Positions 62,057 through 64,000 of a stretch of DNA of 64,000 nucleotides are shown piece by piece. The stretch spans positions 50,261,378 to 50,325,377 of the forward strand of contig NC_086382.1 of the NCBI RefSeq assembly GCF_036588685.1, in the 5' to 3' direction. Below the pieces are notes generated by a model, which saw nothing but the letters and a program-made list of their open reading frames with translations, searched no databases and was not told where the DNA came from. Source of the stretch: Mytilus trossulus. Taxonomy: Eukaryota. A program made the position numbers and the translations under genes. Position 1 is the stretch's first letter. Each line of letters opens with the position of its first letter.

Positions 62057-62918
62057 GTAAGAATCCAAACATGCATTAAATGTTTAATATCTCATATTTT
62101 TTAATTCTTTACTAAAGAATCCAATTTGATTTTCTTCATCCGACTTCAACAATGAACAAAACCCTTACTATTTAGTAGCTTTAACAATTAAGGAAAACAA
62201 ATGTGTAGGACAGCTATCAAAGCAACCCAATAACATGCTCCCACCTTTATATACAAAATGTGGTAGGTTATACAGATTTGTGAGCACTTATTCTCACCTT
62301 ACCTTGGACAGAAGTGTAACAGCACAACATAAGAACAAACTATGGTATTCAATTTACATAGAACAGAAAACAACGAATAAATATACTAAAGAAACAAAGT
62401 ACAGATCTAAGATGACTGGCAGCTTGTGAAGGTCTATGTATGATCTTAGTTAAAAAGTTTTCCCTTCAGACTTCATTCTTTATTAGCACTGAAGCAATTT
62501 TTCAAAGATTTTATGCTTATATTTAAGGATTTATTTGTAAAGGTATGTAAAATAATTCTCGATGGATTTAACTTGATGTCATTTCTCATCTAGAAGACTG
62601 TTTATCTTTATTTTGCTTTATTTATAGCATTACAGCTGACTGTGATAGGTTTCCCAAAACACAAAAACAGATCTATTACTGACTTATATTAAGTTTTATG
62701 TATTTCATTCAATTCAAAATAAATCTCTAATATTTTAGTAACCTTTCCTAAAGTATTTGCTGTGACAATACAATTTTTCATGGAAAAGCATGGACGATTT
62801 CATTTTTTTTTTTAAAAGGATGAAATTCTCTGAGAGGAAGAAATCATTCTGCCACAAAGTTGACTATTTTTTTTTCTTCCTCATATAACATATATGTAGT
62901 TTTTATGTTTTTTTCCAG

Positions 62919-63003
62919 GGATATTGTTCATGTTCATGATCTATTGTCTGATGAAATATGTGATGCTATTTCTTCTAATTATTTTGGATTGACAGCAGAT
63001 GAG
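62919..63003 (+). CDS. CHMP4: CHMP4/Snf7-like exon
   Basis: (G)DIVHVHDLLSDEICDAISSNYFGLTADE. CHMP4B counterpart is DNMDIDKVDELMQDIADQQELAEEISTAISKPVGFGEEFDEDE. Phase 2 in, phase 0 out. Confidence 0.55.
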
Positions 63004-63439
63004 GTTAGTATTGTCATGAAAATGCATGATATATTTGCCACTGGAAATTAAAACAACTTACACTCAACAGTATATATGCATATCAGAAACACAAGGGTGA
63101 TCTGATAACTGTTAGAAAATAAAGGGGATCTGGGATATACATCAGTTAGACAGCAACAAAAACAATCAAAGAATTGACTACAATCAAGTTTTTTCTGGTA
63201 TATTCTTGATTGAGGTCTGAGAGTTTATTCACATTTCTCAAACATTTAAATAAAAATCTAGTTCATGTTCAACCAACAATTGTCAAACAATATCTTGGTA
63301 TTTATTAAGGAATTCCATGTATTTTTATTGAAAAGGTTATGTAAGATCACTATATATATCTATATGATTGTCCCTTTCAACAGCTGAAAATGAAATGCAG
63401 GTCGTGTTCTACATTGAGGAAGAAAAAGTCCAGTCAAAA

Positions 63440-64000
63440 TATGAGGTATTTTGTGTTTTGATATGTTCATCCCTTCATCTGTCAGTTTGTTTGTTCGTCC
63501 ACTCTTCTTTCTGTTCCACTTCAGGTTAAAGTTCCTGGTTAAAATTGAGGAAGTTTTTGATGAAGTAAAAATGTTCATGTACTATGAACACATTTTTATA
63601 CGACTGCCAAAAAAATTGCATTTGTATAATGGTATGATGTCGTCTGCATCGTTGTCTGAGTCGTCGTCTGCGTCCTTGTTCTAAGAAACATTTGGTGTGC
63701 GGACAATAACTTTAGTTAAAGTAAATGGATCACTATGAAATTTTACAAAAAGGTTCAATACCTCAAAAGGAAGGTTGGGATTGATTTTGGATAGGATGAT
63801 TCCTACTGTTTTGGAATTAGGGGCCCAAAAGGAGCCCAAAAAAAAACATTTTTCGACTTTCAGGATATCAACTTTTGTATAATCATTGTAAAATTTTTCT
63901 CATTTGAGATTTCAGAAATTAAAAGAATTTTTCTACAAATATTTTTTTTGATGGGATTAATATTCAACAGCATAGTGTATTGCTCAATAGCAAAAAAAAA
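63440..64000. repeat. family-B-like segment plus a copy of the TTTATACGAC / (CGTCGT)n / ggacaataactttagttaaagtaaatgg element also seen at 28965-29120 and 30300-30480
   Basis: 63590-63760 parallels 28960-29120, and 63860-63990 parallels 30360-30480. Confidence 0.5.

Noticed and set aside
63384-63445. A possible further CHMP4 exon (acceptor ttcaacag, donor GTATT).
   Set aside because: None of the three frames gives CHMP4-like sequence (human has LMAELEELEQEEL), and the region runs into a family-B repeat. It was left unannotated.

Overview
The window is AT-rich, intron-rich eukaryotic genomic DNA. Its repeat content resembles a bivalve-mollusc genome, but that identification is a low-confidence inference. 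It is not prokaryotic, so no CRISPR or operon logic applies. There are three layers of content. (1) Positions 1-4000 hold a 5'-truncated, stop-riddled non-LTR retrotransposon (LINE). Its 3' portion, including the 3'UTR and a tRNA-like module, is tandemly duplicated. (2) From about 10.9 to 60.0 kb there is a roughly 29-exon plus-strand gene that I read as a PARP4 (vault PARP) orthologue. It encodes BRCT, PARP catalytic (H-Y-E present), VIT and vWA regions, and its splice phases are consistent across every junction. Its last three exons encode a calmodulin-like four-EF-hand domain that is in frame with the PARP4 body, which makes a candidate PARP4-calmodulin fusion. (3) Immediately downstream, at 60.7 kb, sit the first recognisable exons of a plus-strand CHMP4/Snf7 (ESCRT-III) gene. 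The introns and flanks are packed with repeats. These include a foldback-type element whose inverted arms are built from 24-bp tandem repeats, a 500-bp satellite, several SINE/MITE families, a roughly 2.1 kb TIR element with TAA target duplications (PIF/Harbinger-like), and a 4.5 kb nested repeat cluster. The most unusual structure is seen four times inside the PARP4-like gene: a tandem duplication that straddles an exon-intron junction. These are a BRCT exon in three copies, a 143-bp unit in three copies, a 69-bp unit in three copies, and a 78-bp unit in about 38 copies that carries an intact splice acceptor. All coordinates are hand-derived from the printed sequence and may be off by a few bases.
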